Of a stretch of 64,000 nucleotides of DNA, positions 40,265 through 52,910 are shown one piece after another. Made by a program: the position numbers and the translations under genes. A model generated the notes under the pieces. It worked only from the letters and a program-made list of their open reading frames with translations. It had not been told where the DNA came from and searched no databases. The stretch covers positions 44,642,001-44,706,000 of the forward strand of contig CM052816.1 of assembly GCA_028534125.1 (NCBI GenBank), in the 5' to 3' direction. The stretch's first letter is position 1. Each line of letters begins with the position of its first letter. Origin of the DNA: Lama glama. Lineage: Eukaryota.

Positions 40265-41130
40265 AAACCTAAACAGAAATTAACAAATATCTTGAAGTAG
40301 CAATTCACAATGTAGAAAACTTCACGGGCCAACAAAATATAGGAAAAGCTGCTCAACCTTCTTGGTAATTAAAAAAATTCTGTTATTTTTTCCACATACC
40401 AGCACACAAAATTAACAAAAATATTCCATGTTAATAACATCAAGTATTGACAGTCCTCGATGAATATATAATATGCAATCATATGAAAGCACAGGAATCG
40501 TGTATAAGTGTTACAGTGCACACCTTGGAAACAACTTCTTTATCCAAAAAAGTCAAAGTTATCCCCGTTCTGTGACCCAAAAATGCCCTGGAGCAATTAC
40601 ACGATGTGTAAATACACCAGCATGTGCATATACATAGCATTATTTTTCCTAGCACAAAACCTAGAAGTAAATGTCCTACCATCAATAAAATAGATAAATA
40701 TACTGTGCTATAAGAATATGATGGAGTATAATAGAATGCATTTGTAAAAAATAAATGAACTGTAGCTACAGATATCAACATAGATGAATCTCAAAAGTCC
40801 AACCCAGTGCAAAAAGCATAACGCAGAATACTACACAATGATTCAATGCATAAAATGTTATCAAGCACGTAAAAGTGAACAATAGTGTTTAGTAATATAT
40901 ACATAGTGGTAAATCAATAAAGAAGAACATAGAAAAAATAAAAAATTCAATATAGTGTTTATATTATTGCATTATATACAATATAACATATGAAAGATAT
41001 GATTAAAGAGAGATACATTAAAAATGTTACATTACTCTTAATATTCTAATTATTCATAGATAATTGACACATGGGTATTCATTTCATCATCATTTGCTTC
41101 TTTGAATCCATGGTATATTTTTTCATTAAT
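40265..41130 (+). mobile_element. L1ME-type ORF2 end and 3'UTR
   Basis: gctgctcaaccttcttggtaatt; caccttggaaacaac; aaatgtcctaccatcaataaaatagataaat; aatgaactgtagctacagatatcaacatagatgaatctcaaa. Confidence 0.8.
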
Positions 41131-41539
41131 TTTTAAAAAGAATGACTGATAGGATAAGAAAGGAATAGATAAAGCGTAGACGATTCTTTGAAGAATCTTA
41201 GAGAGAGAGAATGATGAGAAGAAGATGTGAAGCCCGAGATAATTTTTATAGGAGGAAAGAGAGTCTTTTAATATCACTGAATAGGATCTTGAAGAGAACA
41301 TGATCATAGCTCCAGGAGAGGTAGAGTAAGCTCTGAAGCAGGTGGGAGGGGGCATAAATGAAGAGAGGTTTGCATAGTTTCCTTTTTCTTATTCATTATT
41401 GAGGAAATAACACTCTTTCACAGAGATGTATCTGATAAAGTACCTTTGGACATAAATCACAATGTTTCTTGGAAATAAAATGTAAAGTCAAGTGCCCAGG
41501 TACTCTGTGACTTATTTCTTCATCTTCCCTTTTAAAAAC

Positions 41540-41835
41540 ACTTTATTGCAGAACATTTTCAATGGACACAAGAGTGAACAGAACAAGTATAATAAACCCC
41601 CCATGTATCCATTGACCAGACCAAAAGATGACTGACATATGACGATTTTATTTCATCTGTACCCCTATTCATTTCTCCCATTCCCACGTTATTTTAAAGC
41701 AAATCCTGGATAAGATATCATATCATATCATTTAATCTGTAAACGTTTTCATATACATCTCTAAAAATGACCCTTAAAAAACCATATCTACAATGCTATC
41801 ACTATACCATAACACATAATTCTTAATATAATAGT
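41540..41835 (-). mobile_element. L1MC4/5-type 3' end
   Basis: gtataataaacccccatgtatcc...ttattttaaagcaaatcc...catttaatctgtaaacgttttcatatacatctctaaaa. Confidence 0.8.
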
Positions 41836-42349
41836 TGATTTCCTTCTGACACATCCTCAAACTCATCCCTTCCACCTTACTAGCAGTTTCCTCTGATTAG
41901 TACCATTTAAACATAATTTAAAATAGATCCACTATATCCTTGACTGGAATGAGACATCATCAATTTCCAGCCATTAAACCTGTAGATCTTCTCAAATTTA
42001 CACCACTCTCTCCAACTTGACTTTTTTTAAATGGAAGAATATGTTTTCCCCATTCTCCTACTTGTATTCTGAGTCACAAGTTATTCAAACTAATTCATAT
42101 TCCAAGATATCAGTCCTGGATCTACTTATGAATTAGAATTTTATTATAATAATAATTAGAGTAGTGTTTCATAGGAAGGGTTAAAAGAAAGTTGTAAAGA
42201 AAATGAAGATCAAGAAAAATTTAAGTCTATAAAAAATTCCAAGTGGTGATCAAATTTTGAGTTTTCTGTACTTAGTGCAGAAAAAAAACTCAGTGCATGC
42301 ACAAAGAAGCATGTCAAAATGGTTTGGTTTGTTCCCCGAGCTCTGACAC

Positions 42350-42475
42350 CAGCTGACTTCGATTAAATAGCAGCGAGCTGGAAAAGCATTCTGGGTATTG
42401 GTATGCAAATGAATTCACCAAGCATTTCTTCCTGTGGTTTTGGAATTCCCACAGCCACAACTACAATGACACGTG
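42350..42475. promoter_or_regulatory. Candidate enhancer-like motif cluster
   Basis: CAGCTG 42350, Staf/ZNF143-like TACCCAGAATGC (minus, 42386-42397), octamer ATGCAAAT 42403, overlapping TTCCTG/TGTGGTT 42429-42439, GGAATTCCC 42442, CACGTG 42470; motif evidence only. Confidence 0.35.
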
Positions 42476-43391
42476 TACTTCAAAGTTGCATTTTAAGCGA
42501 GTAAATATAAGGCTAAAACTGTCTTTCCATGAGCCAAATATAATCCTAACAGAGCTAACAATTTTCTCTAAGAGGAACAAAAGTATTTTTAATATAAGAT
42601 TGTTTTTAAGTATTTCCAAAGACACTTGGGAACATATGCACATGGCATAGCCTTTAATCCATAATTTCAGCCTCAAGATGCTGTGATGGCTTTTATCGAA
42701 TTAAGACATTTCTATTTCGGAGTTTCAAAGGAAGGTCATAACTGATATGTGTACAAAACAATTAAAGATCAATGATTGGATAGTAAGAGAATGTTCGGAT
42801 AGCCTCTACAGCATCAGTTTTTAGTAGAAACTAATTGCACTCTGAAGCATTAACTAATTTGCAAAAAAGGGGAAAGAAAAAAAAATCATTCTCTCTCCAG
42901 TACAGAAATTCACACAGAGAATTTTAAAATATATTTATATTTGACACCTTGCCTGTCAATTCCCTTATTCTAAAGAGAATGAATTATAATAAAGGCATCT
43001 CTGGCTCAGAGAAAATATTCTGGTGGCAGTGCTTTAGTAATGTGACATAGCATCTTGATTTTTCTCAGTGTGTAACTCCACCCTCTTTCCACTCTGCGCA
43101 CAACCTTGCCCCCCTCCAAACCCCCCACCTTAAATAAAGTAGATTCAGTTCTAAAATTATAAACTGAAATACAAAGTGCATCATGCAAACCATCCTTTTT
43201 CTGTGTAAGCCAAGATCACTTTGCAGCATACCCCTGCAGGGGACCTAACAGAGAATTTCCAAAAACATTAATGCATTCAGAAGAAATGTCAAAATAAAGA
43301 AAGCCTGTAAACATTGTCTGTGGGAAGCGTTTTTGTGCCCTTCCCGAGTGCAAAACAAATTCTCATTTTCCCACAGAAGTAGGATCTGTTT

Positions 43392-43407
43392 CTGCCATCT
43401 AGTGACA
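43392..43407 (-). promoter_or_regulatory. Candidate CTCF site
   Basis: minus strand TGTCACTAGATGGCAG matches the CCACYAGRKGGCRS core with one mismatch. Confidence 0.45.
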
Positions 43408-43684
43408 ATAAGGCCATTGGGTACTTAGAAAAGAAAAACATCTTCTAAACAATCTGAACAAATTCATCCAAAGCAAACAGGATTTTATACACATACACAG
43501 GCACATACACACAAACACACACATACACAAAGATTCTTTAGAAAGGAGTCTTTAGCAGGGTACCCAGAGAGTAAGTGGTGTCCCATGTTCCTGGCTATCT
43601 CTGAAATAAGATTTTTAAAAAGATAGCAGTACCTATATGTGCAGAGTCAAATCACTTTCACATGTTATTTTCACAAGGGTCCAA

Positions 43685-43800
43685 GACAGCGTTCAAGTAT
43701 TGGTGGGGCTCTGGGCTCTAGAGTCAGCCTGTCTGTATCTGCTCCTATTATTTGAAATCTTGTTCATGACCCATCTAAGCACAGGATTCAGCTCTCCTGA
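43685..43800 (+). mobile_element. MIR fragment
   Basis: tgggctctagagtcagcctgtctg resembles the MIR head. Confidence 0.5.
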
Positions 43801-44049
43801 TTATTAGGCTTTTGTTCCCTGCCTCTGTCTCCTATCTTCTGTACATTAAGTGAAGTTATATGGCTGCATTATGGTGAAAGTAGTACAGTAAAAAACTCAC
43901 CTTTATTTAAAACATTCTGATTAAGAAATTTTACAGGAATATTAATGTCTACAAAAAATAAAAAAGCCAACTCTAATTTCTTAAATTAAAAAAGTCACCA
44001 TCTTATATAATAAGTCTCTAGCAAGACAGTTCCATACAGATTGGCATAA

Positions 44050-44345
44050 TCAGAGTTTTAACCTCATCATCAGAGATGTCAGTGTGTCACATCTGTCCTC
44101 AAAATGATACCCTTGTGGTCATTAAACAATTGCAGTAACTTCAAACATCATGTCCAAACATGACATTTAGAGGAAGAAAGACACTCTTTCTTTCTTGAGT
44201 TCTTCTTTAAGACTGAGGGAGTGACGAAATCCTTACCAGAAGTGCCTCCTAGACTCTCATGTATCAGCAGCCAGAATTGGCCATTCCTGAACAAATCCCT
44301 GGTAAGGGAGACTGAAAACACTGTTTTGGAACTGTCATTCAAAGG
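44050..44345 (-). mobile_element. MaLR LTR fragment (MLT1K/L-like)
   Basis: ccagaagtgcctcctagactctcatgtatc...gccagaattggccattcctgaacaaatccctggtaaggg. Confidence 0.55.
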
Positions 44346-45199
44346 AGACTAAGTATTAACCACCGTATCACAACCCAGTAAGTCTGAGTCATCCCGATCT
44401 GTCTAAATAGGTCACAGTAAAATACCTTTTCAAAACATATAACTGGAAGTTAAATTACTGAGCACACCCAACCCAATTCTCAGGGCTGGCATGGATATAC
44501 TTAAATAAGCAGCTCTATTTATCAAGGTGGCAGCTCTTCTATCCCCTTGTTCTATTGTCTGGTATGTGAATGAATGATGCATGTGAACTATGCTAATTTC
44601 CAGAAAGTGTAACTACCAGTGTCTTTCTAGCCTGGGTTTCTGCCCATAAAATTTCATGTATGGGGCTTTCATGCCAGAGTGCACATGCCAATTCCCCTGC
44701 TATTTGCTTTTATCTCTCCTGGTAGTTGTTGTGTTGGAATAGAAGTAGAGTTGGGAATAAGGGAACAATATTTTTGCTTATCTAAGAGGCTAACACTTGG
44801 GAAGTAACAGATTTTTGGAAAGGGGCTCCAACTTGGAGAGAGTTAAATTTCAATAAATTTAACATAAAATAGAAAATTAAATAGGACTCAGCCAACATGT
44901 ATAGATTAGAGCTAGGTAAGAGAAATCTTTAGCTTTTCTCTCATGATGGAATAAATATCAAAAACTTAATTAAACTTTTGAGAGTCCAAAGGATGCATAC
45001 TCTCAACATTACTCCAGAATCTCAAAGGACAGAGCTAATCAAATTTGGGAAGTGGGAGTTCCTGGTACCAATAACAGCTTTCTTCCTTTTATCTTAATGC
45101 TCACATGCACACTCTCTCGCTCGCTCATGTTCTCTCTCTCTCTCCTCTCTCTCCTTTCTCAAGCCTGCTTAGAATATTTTCACAAGGATCTACTAAACA

Positions 45200-45405
45200 G
45201 GTGGCTAACAGTTACTGAACATATACTACAAATAAAACACTGGGTCACACACATTACTTCATTTAACTCACAGAACCATGGGATACAAGAATGCATACTT
45301 TCCTCTTATTGATGTAAACTGAGGCCCAGAGAAGTAGAGTAGTTCATACAAAGTAAGTGACTGAGTCAATATATGAACTTAGATCAGTCTGATGACAAAG
45401 CCACT
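45200..45405 (-). mobile_element. MIR SINE
   Basis: gctaacagttactgaac...cttcatttaactcacag...aaactgaggcccagagaagt...gatcagtctgatgacaaagcc. Confidence 0.8.
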
Positions 45406-45554
45406 GGGTAAGAGATTAAATTTTACTGAATCAAGAAATTCTTTTATCTCATAGATAATTCTAAAGGATGATGTCTCCTACTTACAGAAATTCTGACAAC
45501 CCCTAGTGCATAAAATCAGACTATTACGCAGACAACTGAAGTTTGTTCAGTAAC

Positions 45555-45790
45555 TGTTATCAGTCAGGTACCACAGTTTATGTTGTGCTAATAAACAATG
45601 ACAACAACAAAAAGTTTACTGCTACCTGTCACTGGAAATAATGCACACTATTTTGGCTCAAATGTCATTGCCCAGAGTAAGTCTCATGACCATGCCTAAC
45701 GTTAAAGGAATGGGAACTTGTAGTCTTCTTGCATGTCCAGAAGCAGCAGAGATCCAGAGGCGCTGGTGAGTGTTAGTGATGTCTGTGACA
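45555..45790 (-). mobile_element. MaLR LTR (MLT1I/J-like, internally deleted)
   Basis: tgttatcagtcagg...tcattgcccagagtaagtctcatgaccatgcctaac...tggtgagtgttagtgatgtctgtgaca. Confidence 0.65.
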
Positions 45791-46149
45791 CCTCTGCCTG
45801 GACATCTGTGCTCTCCGTTTCTTTGAAGGTGGATTCATAGGGGAGGAGAGCAACCTGTGCCTAGTGACATGGCACAACGGGAATTTCTCTGGCCATCTTC
45901 GCATAGTGAGTTCTACCTTCCTACATCACATGTTACATTTGTGGGTACTGAATACAAATCAGGTCTGAAATGAGTCTTTCTACATATATGCCCCAAAAGA
46001 AATCTGGTATCAAAAGCCAAAAGTAGAAATTCTTCGGGAAAAATAGAAACACCTAGCCTAAAAGACAATAATTTTAATTATGATAAAAGTTTCCCAAATA
46101 ACAGAGGCAGATACATTTATATCCCTCAGTTTTTCTTTAAAAAATATTA

Positions 46150-46700
46150 TATACCTTATCATTTTCAAAATTACCAAAGAAATATGTACTTGCTGCATCA
46201 CACTGAATAATACAGAGGCATTAAAATGTTATTAGCTAGTATTCCTTCCCCAGGTATGTTGCCCCGAGTTAAATGTTAAATTTTTAGTGTATTTTCTTTG
46301 AGGCATGACTCAATACTCATACCAATATAGACAGTCTTATTCCTTTTAAGAGAAAGTGGTTCATACAAAACCTGTTTTTCTACAACTGCCCTTTTACAAA
46401 TCAAGAGCATCTATTCACATAGGATGTATTAGTTTAACTCATTTATATGAATAGCTGCAGAATATTCCCTATTATAACTGCACCTTAATTTATATTTAGA
46501 TATTCAGATTAATTCCAGGTTTTTGCAATTATAAACAAGAATAAAATAAACTATGTTTTACATGTGTTTTATGTACTATCATTTTTATTTTTGTACAACA
46601 GATTCCTAAAAATGAATAAGCTAAGTCAAAAAATATGTGTACATGTTAAAATTTAATAGATAGTGGCATATTATTCTCCAAATGTTTACTGTGACCTAAT
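46150..46700 (-). mobile_element. Old L1ME-type fragment
   Basis: aatagctgcagaatattcc...ttccaggtttttgcaattataaacaa...acagattcctaaaaatgaa...tttaatagatagtggcatatt. Confidence 0.7.
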
Positions 46701-47911
46701 ACATCATTTATCATCTACCTATGACTCTATCTCAGAGGCATAGAGTAAAGACAGATTGATTTCACCTGCATCCCTGTAAAATTTATGACACCTAAAGATT
46801 TACTTGTAACTTGGTTTTACTCACCAAATGTAAACGACAATATCTCAAGAAATGATGTAAGGAGGGAACAATACAATAGCTGATAAAGAGATAAAGAGCA
46901 ATTAAATGTATAGGCATTTGATTCATCAACTAGACTATACATGAGTTCTCCATGGCTTCTTCCTCCATTGACCAACAAAATAAAGTTTAAAGATCCTTAC
47001 CTCATGACAAGAGACATTTCTCAAGAAAGGAAAGGGTATTTCTTTAGAGGCTCATATACATCCAAACAAAGGATACTAAGGTGCTCTGTTTGTAGTTCAT
47101 TTGTCTACATGAATCCTGTTAACTTAGAAGATGAAGTAAAGCATCCTCACCATTTCAGTAGTTCACTTTGGATGATTTGCTTTCCAGCTGGGTTTTCCTC
47201 ATGGGACCTAAAAGTATGTAAGAATGCTTTAACGTAAATCCCACGTTCATAAATTGCTAAAGCATTCTATCTTTTAAGCAAACACATTTTTTAACTATCA
47301 ATATCATTTTGGAAGTTCGGTAAAGCAAAGAGAAAATCACTCAGAATTGCATATCAAAGTGGATAATGTGCAAAATATCTTGACCAAAAGAATAAATCTT
47401 ATTAATAACATTTAACAGTTCAAATCAAAAAGAATAAAGAAGTGGATTTCTTCCTCTTACTTTTATATGCTATCAACATCAATGGCCAGTTACAACAGTC
47501 CACAAAGGCACTATAGTAATGACAATATGTTGATAAACTTCACATGGGGGTGGCCAGTTAAGTGATCACAAGCTTTACCCCAACCATAAGTGTATCGTAT
47601 AATGTGACCTGGGTTCTGAAGAGGTTTGAGGACTATAAACAGACAGAATGATTACACATCGACACCCAAAGTGAAGAAATAACATGATAATGATATAAAA
47701 ATCATGTTTTACTAACAAAAATGAAGTTGTAATATGGCTTCAATCTGATAAAGAACAGCACCTTAAGCAAGATGAAATTTCTGGTTTAAATGGTTTAATG
47801 ATAAAAAAGAACATTCTAAGCTTTAAACTTTTCTTATATGCCATGATAAGATAAAATTTAGCCAAACATATTTCCTTAGGCATTATTATGATACTTATCA
47901 CATATTCCATT

Positions 47912-48335
47912 CCCAATCTTACTCAGGGTTTCACAGAAACAGATTCTAACATGAGGCACAAGGGACATTATGGAAGAATTCCCTGGAGAAACTTATAAGG
48001 GAGTAAAGAAAGCAGGGCATAGAAAGGGAAAGCAGTTTAAGCAAGGGTGAGATTTCAGGCAAGGTCCTGAAGAGGGTAACTTCAGACCGATCCTGATGGG
48101 GAATTCTGGAGTGTACGTTTATTTCAAAGTTGTCCTCTCTGTAGGTAAGGAAGCTGGGATTTCATGAACCAGTCAATCACTGGTTTGTCTGCTCCTAAGA
48201 GTAAATGGCTCCAGTAACTTGGGGACAGACCTCTGAAGAGAATTTCAAGTGCATGCAATTAGATGCAAAAGCACACAGAAAGTGGGAAAACAGTGTAGAC
48301 TGTAAATGGGATCTGCAGGGTTCTGGGAGGAGTGC
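47912..48335 (-). mobile_element. ERVL-class LTR (LTR33/LTR16/LTR41-like)
   Basis: tcttactcagggtttcacagaaacagattctaacatgagg...ggcaaggtcctgaagagggtaacttcag...gaattctggag; subfamily uncertain. Confidence 0.6.
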
Positions 48336-48390
48336 TGTAATTTCTGATTTTATTAGCACCATCCAGAAAATGTCAAAACCAAACACAACC

Positions 48391-48795
48391 TGTCCCAGTC
48401 AATCTAAATTAGGCTATTCTGTAGTTTCAAACGTTTCCCAAATCTCAGCAGCTGAAAATAAGAAAAGTTTGTTTTTGCTCATGATTAATGTCCACTGTAG
48501 GCCAGCAGAGGGCTCTGATCATTGAACTAACTCAAGGACCTAGGTTCTGACAGGATAGTCGACATCTTGTGTTGTCAGCCACTGCACCTGGGATTAACAT
48601 GATTCTAGAAGATTCTGTACTGATAAGGAAATATTTTGATCCAGAACAGGCATACATTACTTTTGCTCGGAATTCAATGGACAGCAGAGTCCTATGGCCC
48701 ACTTCTCACGACCACAACAGGGCCTGAATGTTATGTACTGTCAAACGGTTAAAAGGTAAAAACTGGAAATATTTGGCAAGTTATTAATCACCAAA
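48391..48795 (-). mobile_element. MaLR LTR (MLT1J-like)
   Basis: ttaggctattctgtag...cccaaatctcagcagctgaaaataagaaaagtttgtttttgctcatg...gagggctctg...ctggaaatatttggcaag. Confidence 0.75.
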
Positions 48796-49447
48796 ATGCT
48801 CAATGAATTCAATGTCTAAACCACCACTTCTAAAAAAGGAAAAGCTGTAAAGAAGTAAAATTCTACAATTTGAAATCATTAAGAAACACACAGATGGCTC
48901 AAAAAGAGCAAATAATTTCTCTACTATAATAAACTCAGTTAAATTCTGTTAGCTCAAATCAGATTGGAAAGTAACAGATTAGAAATCACATGTAAGTGTA
49001 TTACATAATTTTGGCTAGTGAAATTAAAAATGCAAATGTCTGTAAAACCCTCTATTAATGGAGAAGAGAACAGAGAAGCTGGAAGAAAATCTATGTATTT
49101 TTCAAGGATAAAACCAAAATTTCCAAAAATCCTGCAGGAAAGGTGGATCAAGGAGAAGGACAACAGCAGAAAAAACTTGATCATTTGCATGAATGAAAGT
49201 TTACCCAAATATACAATGTGATGTTATTAACATGCACAAGTGCATCTCCTGAAAGACAGAAATATGAGACTAAAATTATTTCCAAATGGCATCATTTTTT
49301 CCTTTCTTCAATTCTCAAAGAGTTTTATGTCCAAATAGACAAAACAGTGGTGTAAAGGAAGTGCTCCTAGCCAAGGGTAATTTTCAGAACATCTGTGATT
49401 ATTCCTCTTAATGTTCAAGAAAGGGCTGCCAATAAACAGGCCCTTGA

Positions 49448-49491
49448 AGGAAAATGTCATTTTATTTTATTTTACTTTATTTTGTTTTATT

Positions 49492-49538
<47 letters not shown>

Positions 49539-49553
49539 GGAAAATGTTATTTT
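49448..49553 (-). repeat. (TTTTA)n/(TTTA)n microsatellite bracketed by a 16-bp direct repeat (tail-only retro-insertion)
   Basis: aggaaaatgtcatttt (49448-49463) and aggaaaatgttatttt (49538-49553) flank a T-rich simple repeat. Confidence 0.85.
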
Positions 49554-50716
49554 AAACTGAGCTGTGGCAAGTTTGGAAATCTATAATTCAACATTACATT
49601 ACATAGAACAAGGGAATCTAATACAAATATTGGAGACTGGATTTCCAAAGTGATATCAAAGAAAGTTGTATCATTTGAATAGAGAAAAATGTATTATTCT
49701 ATAGAAGGATGACACATGGAGAATAAATTATTTACTAATAAAGATTAGGCTAGAAAATTTCAGTATATTTAGAAACCAAGGGTTTGTCCATCAATCAACT
49801 GATTTTCAGTTAATTTATAACTTGGTTCAGAATCTAGTAAATTAGGTCATATAATCTTATTATCACATAATGCCAGTCAAAATATCAATACAGAGAAAAG
49901 TCAGTATTTGGGGAGGATTATCAAGAATATACAGCTCATTCATTCTAGAATCTGGGTCAATGGTTAGCAATTTTTTTTGAAAGCTAATAGTGAAAAAAAT
50001 ATAAAAAACAAAAAACCTCTCCAAACTGCTTTTTATCTCCACTCAAAATAAAATATACCTACATGGAGGGGGGAAAAACATATTCTTATAACTTACATTA
50101 TTTACTAAAGTATGTCAGTCAGAACATTAGGATCAACGTTCTGGCCATGAAAATATTTATCGTGGAAGTGTTGAGATAATTTACTAACTTCTCATCTCTT
50201 ACACTGGATAGTGTTTTAGAGTTTATTTGTTGATTCAGCAAATATTTATTAAGTACTTTTTATTGGTTAGTGTGTCCCTGTGTATTAATTTATCTTGCTC
50301 TGGAAATATCCCATTGAGGTTAGTATCATGATCCTTCCTTACAAAGGCAAAGTTATGTTCCTATATTAAAATGGTGAGTTAATTTTAGAGATTGGGTCAG
50401 AAATAACTTCTCTACAAAGCAGAGCATACCTGGCTCCTATTGTGTGCCAGGCATCCCGCTAGCAGGCCCTGGGGTTATGGAGAATAAAAGAAATGTTCTC
50501 TGGCCCTCCCTTACCTGACCCTTTCTTACTCCTGGCTGTAGGACCTCCCTGCTAAAGCTGGTGAGGTAACAAGGAACTTTATACTTAGAAGCAACAAATG
50601 TCATCAGTTTCCAAGAAGGATCCGGGGGATGCAAGCTGAACTGATGTTTTATTATAAAATGGCTTAAGTTGAGGCTTGGGAGCCACTTATAGATTTGATG
50701 TTGCTCCTCACTTGCA

Positions 50717-51004
50717 TTTTATTTTATTTTATTTTTTACTGACGTGCAATTGATTTACAATGTTAATTTCAGGTATACAGCAAAGAGATTCAGTTATACA
50801 TATACACACATATGGTTTCAGATTCTTTTCCACTATAGTTTATTACAAGAAATTGAATATAGTTTCCTGTGCTATACAGTAGGTCCTTGTTGTTTATCTA
50901 CTTTATATATAGTAATATGTATCAGTTAATCCCAAGCTCCTAATTTATCCCTCCCCCACGGTCCCCTTTGGCAACCACAGTTTATTACCTGTGTCCATGA
51001 CTTT
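50717..51004 (-). mobile_element. Cetartiodactyl-type L1 3'UTR (5'-truncated)
   Basis: T tail, then gatttacaatgttaatttcaggtatacagc...cctgtgctatacagtaggtccttgttgtttatc; possible TSD tcacttgca/tcacttgta. Confidence 0.9.
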
Positions 51005-52744
51005 TCACTTGTACTGATATTCTGATATCTCTCCTTACATCAGCTGGATCATCGAGTGGTATGACAACATCATATAAAATAACCACCGTCTTCCATAAAA
51101 GTACTTTTTAGTGCATCATACCATGGCCAGAGAGCATCTTCCAATATTTAGGGATTTTACACAAAACAGACCCATTGTACTCCTCACCCTGTGATATATA
51201 TGTTTTCAATTTTTCTTTCCTACCATATACAAATATATAAAATTTTGTTACCCAATCTTGGTTTCATGAATAGTTAATATGCTTCTTCAAAGCAACTCAT
51301 TTCCTTTTACCCTTAGAGACAGGGATCACATTTCTGTTTCCTGATTGGTTTCTACAAAGCTTAGAGTCAAATTCGTGATTCACCTCTAGCAAGTGTATAG
51401 AACTCCAGGGCAAATACCAACCCACTCCTCGCTTAATTTTACCTTTTTATTCTTATTTTCCCTTACCCTTGGCTTTTTTACACATTGAAAATTCATTTCA
51501 TCTTGCTTGCATGTTTATAAGTTCTGATAAATCATTTTTGTTACAACTCAGAGTATTAGTAAATAAATAACTAAAAACTAAACACTTTGGAATTTATTTG
51601 CAAGGCAACATATTCCAGAGCTCATAGCACTTATTTGTTGAAAAGGTAAGAAAAAGGCAGTAGCAATACAGCCCTTCAGTAAGTTCTTGAAAATAAAGAT
51701 CATTCTGAGTAACACTGTTGGTAAAATTATATAGATGCAAGTCAGAGTTACAAGCAGAGATACAAATTACAGGAATAGACTGAAAAACAGCACACTTAAG
51801 GTCCCTGGGTTCAGAAAGAGACACAAGAGGATTTGCTAGGAGAACCAGTTTTCAGTTTCCTTGCTCCCACGCTGAGGAGCATGACTATTAGTAGTATATT
51901 AAACAAGCACATGAGAAAATTCGAATGAGAAAGCATTATTCATATTTATGTATGGTATCAATGGAAGATACAAATACTGGTGGTCTAATGACTATATATT
52001 TATTTATAAGGTGAGGCTTAACTTGAAAGTTCCTCTGAGCACATTTATTCCAAATCTTATGAAACAAAACTAAGAGTCTAATAACAACAGCAATACGTAA
52101 AGCTCATGGTTTTGAACTTAACTCTAAATTCATGAATAATCACACTCATCATGCATGTACATTCAAGAAGATTGTCAAGAATTAAGCCCACTCAGTTTCT
52201 GATGAATGGGTGTCTGCAATCAGCTACTAGATGGGTTACAGAAACCTCTGTGTTGGGAGCATCAGGAAAATAAAGACATCACCAGGGCAGGAGGGGACTA
52301 AGGTGTGCACATCTTTCCCTGCTCACTCCCACTTTAGGATCTAGAGGGCTCAATTACAAATAAACTTTCTCCATATTTTAAATTTTCACTTGGAAATGAG
52401 AGAAATTATCATTAACACATCAGAAATAATACTGTACAACGGAGCACGAGGAGAAATGACCTGTTTCGTGATCTACTACATTGGCATGATATTTAACCAG
52501 TGTAAAACATGAGGGAAACAGACATGTCCCAAAAAAGTATTTTCCATTTTACAATTTCTCAATTCATATTTGTAATAATCCAGTTTTGGTAAAGAACTAC
52601 ATCTGGGAATTACCAGAGCATCTAACTCAGGTGCTGGGGTTCCAGGAATGAAGCTAGCAGAGCTGCCCTTATAAACCTCCCAGAGAACAGCAGGACAAGC
52701 AGGGGCCTTGGGCTCCTGTTCAGATCACTGAGGAACTTGAATGG

Positions 52745-52910
52745 CCAATTGCCTGGTCCGGAATACTTATCAAATGTGGTCACAAGTTATATAACTCCTG
52801 GGCTTCAATGTAATTGCCAATAAAATGTAGATAATAAGAACACCGAGGAACAGGATTATTGAAAGGATTAAATGAGATGATGTGTGCAATGAAAATAGCA
52901 ACTGAATACA
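52745..52910 (+). mobile_element. MIR SINE
   Basis: ataaaatgtagataataagaacacc...aggattattgaaaggattaaatgagatgatgtgtg. Confidence 0.7.

Noticed and set aside
42150..42700. snRNA gene driven by the Staf/octamer pair
   Set aside because: No PSE match or snRNA-like body seen on either side
47066..47078. U12-type donor GTATCCTTT on the minus strand (similar one near 20705)
   Set aside because: No exon-like context; consistent with chance occurrence of an 8-9-mer
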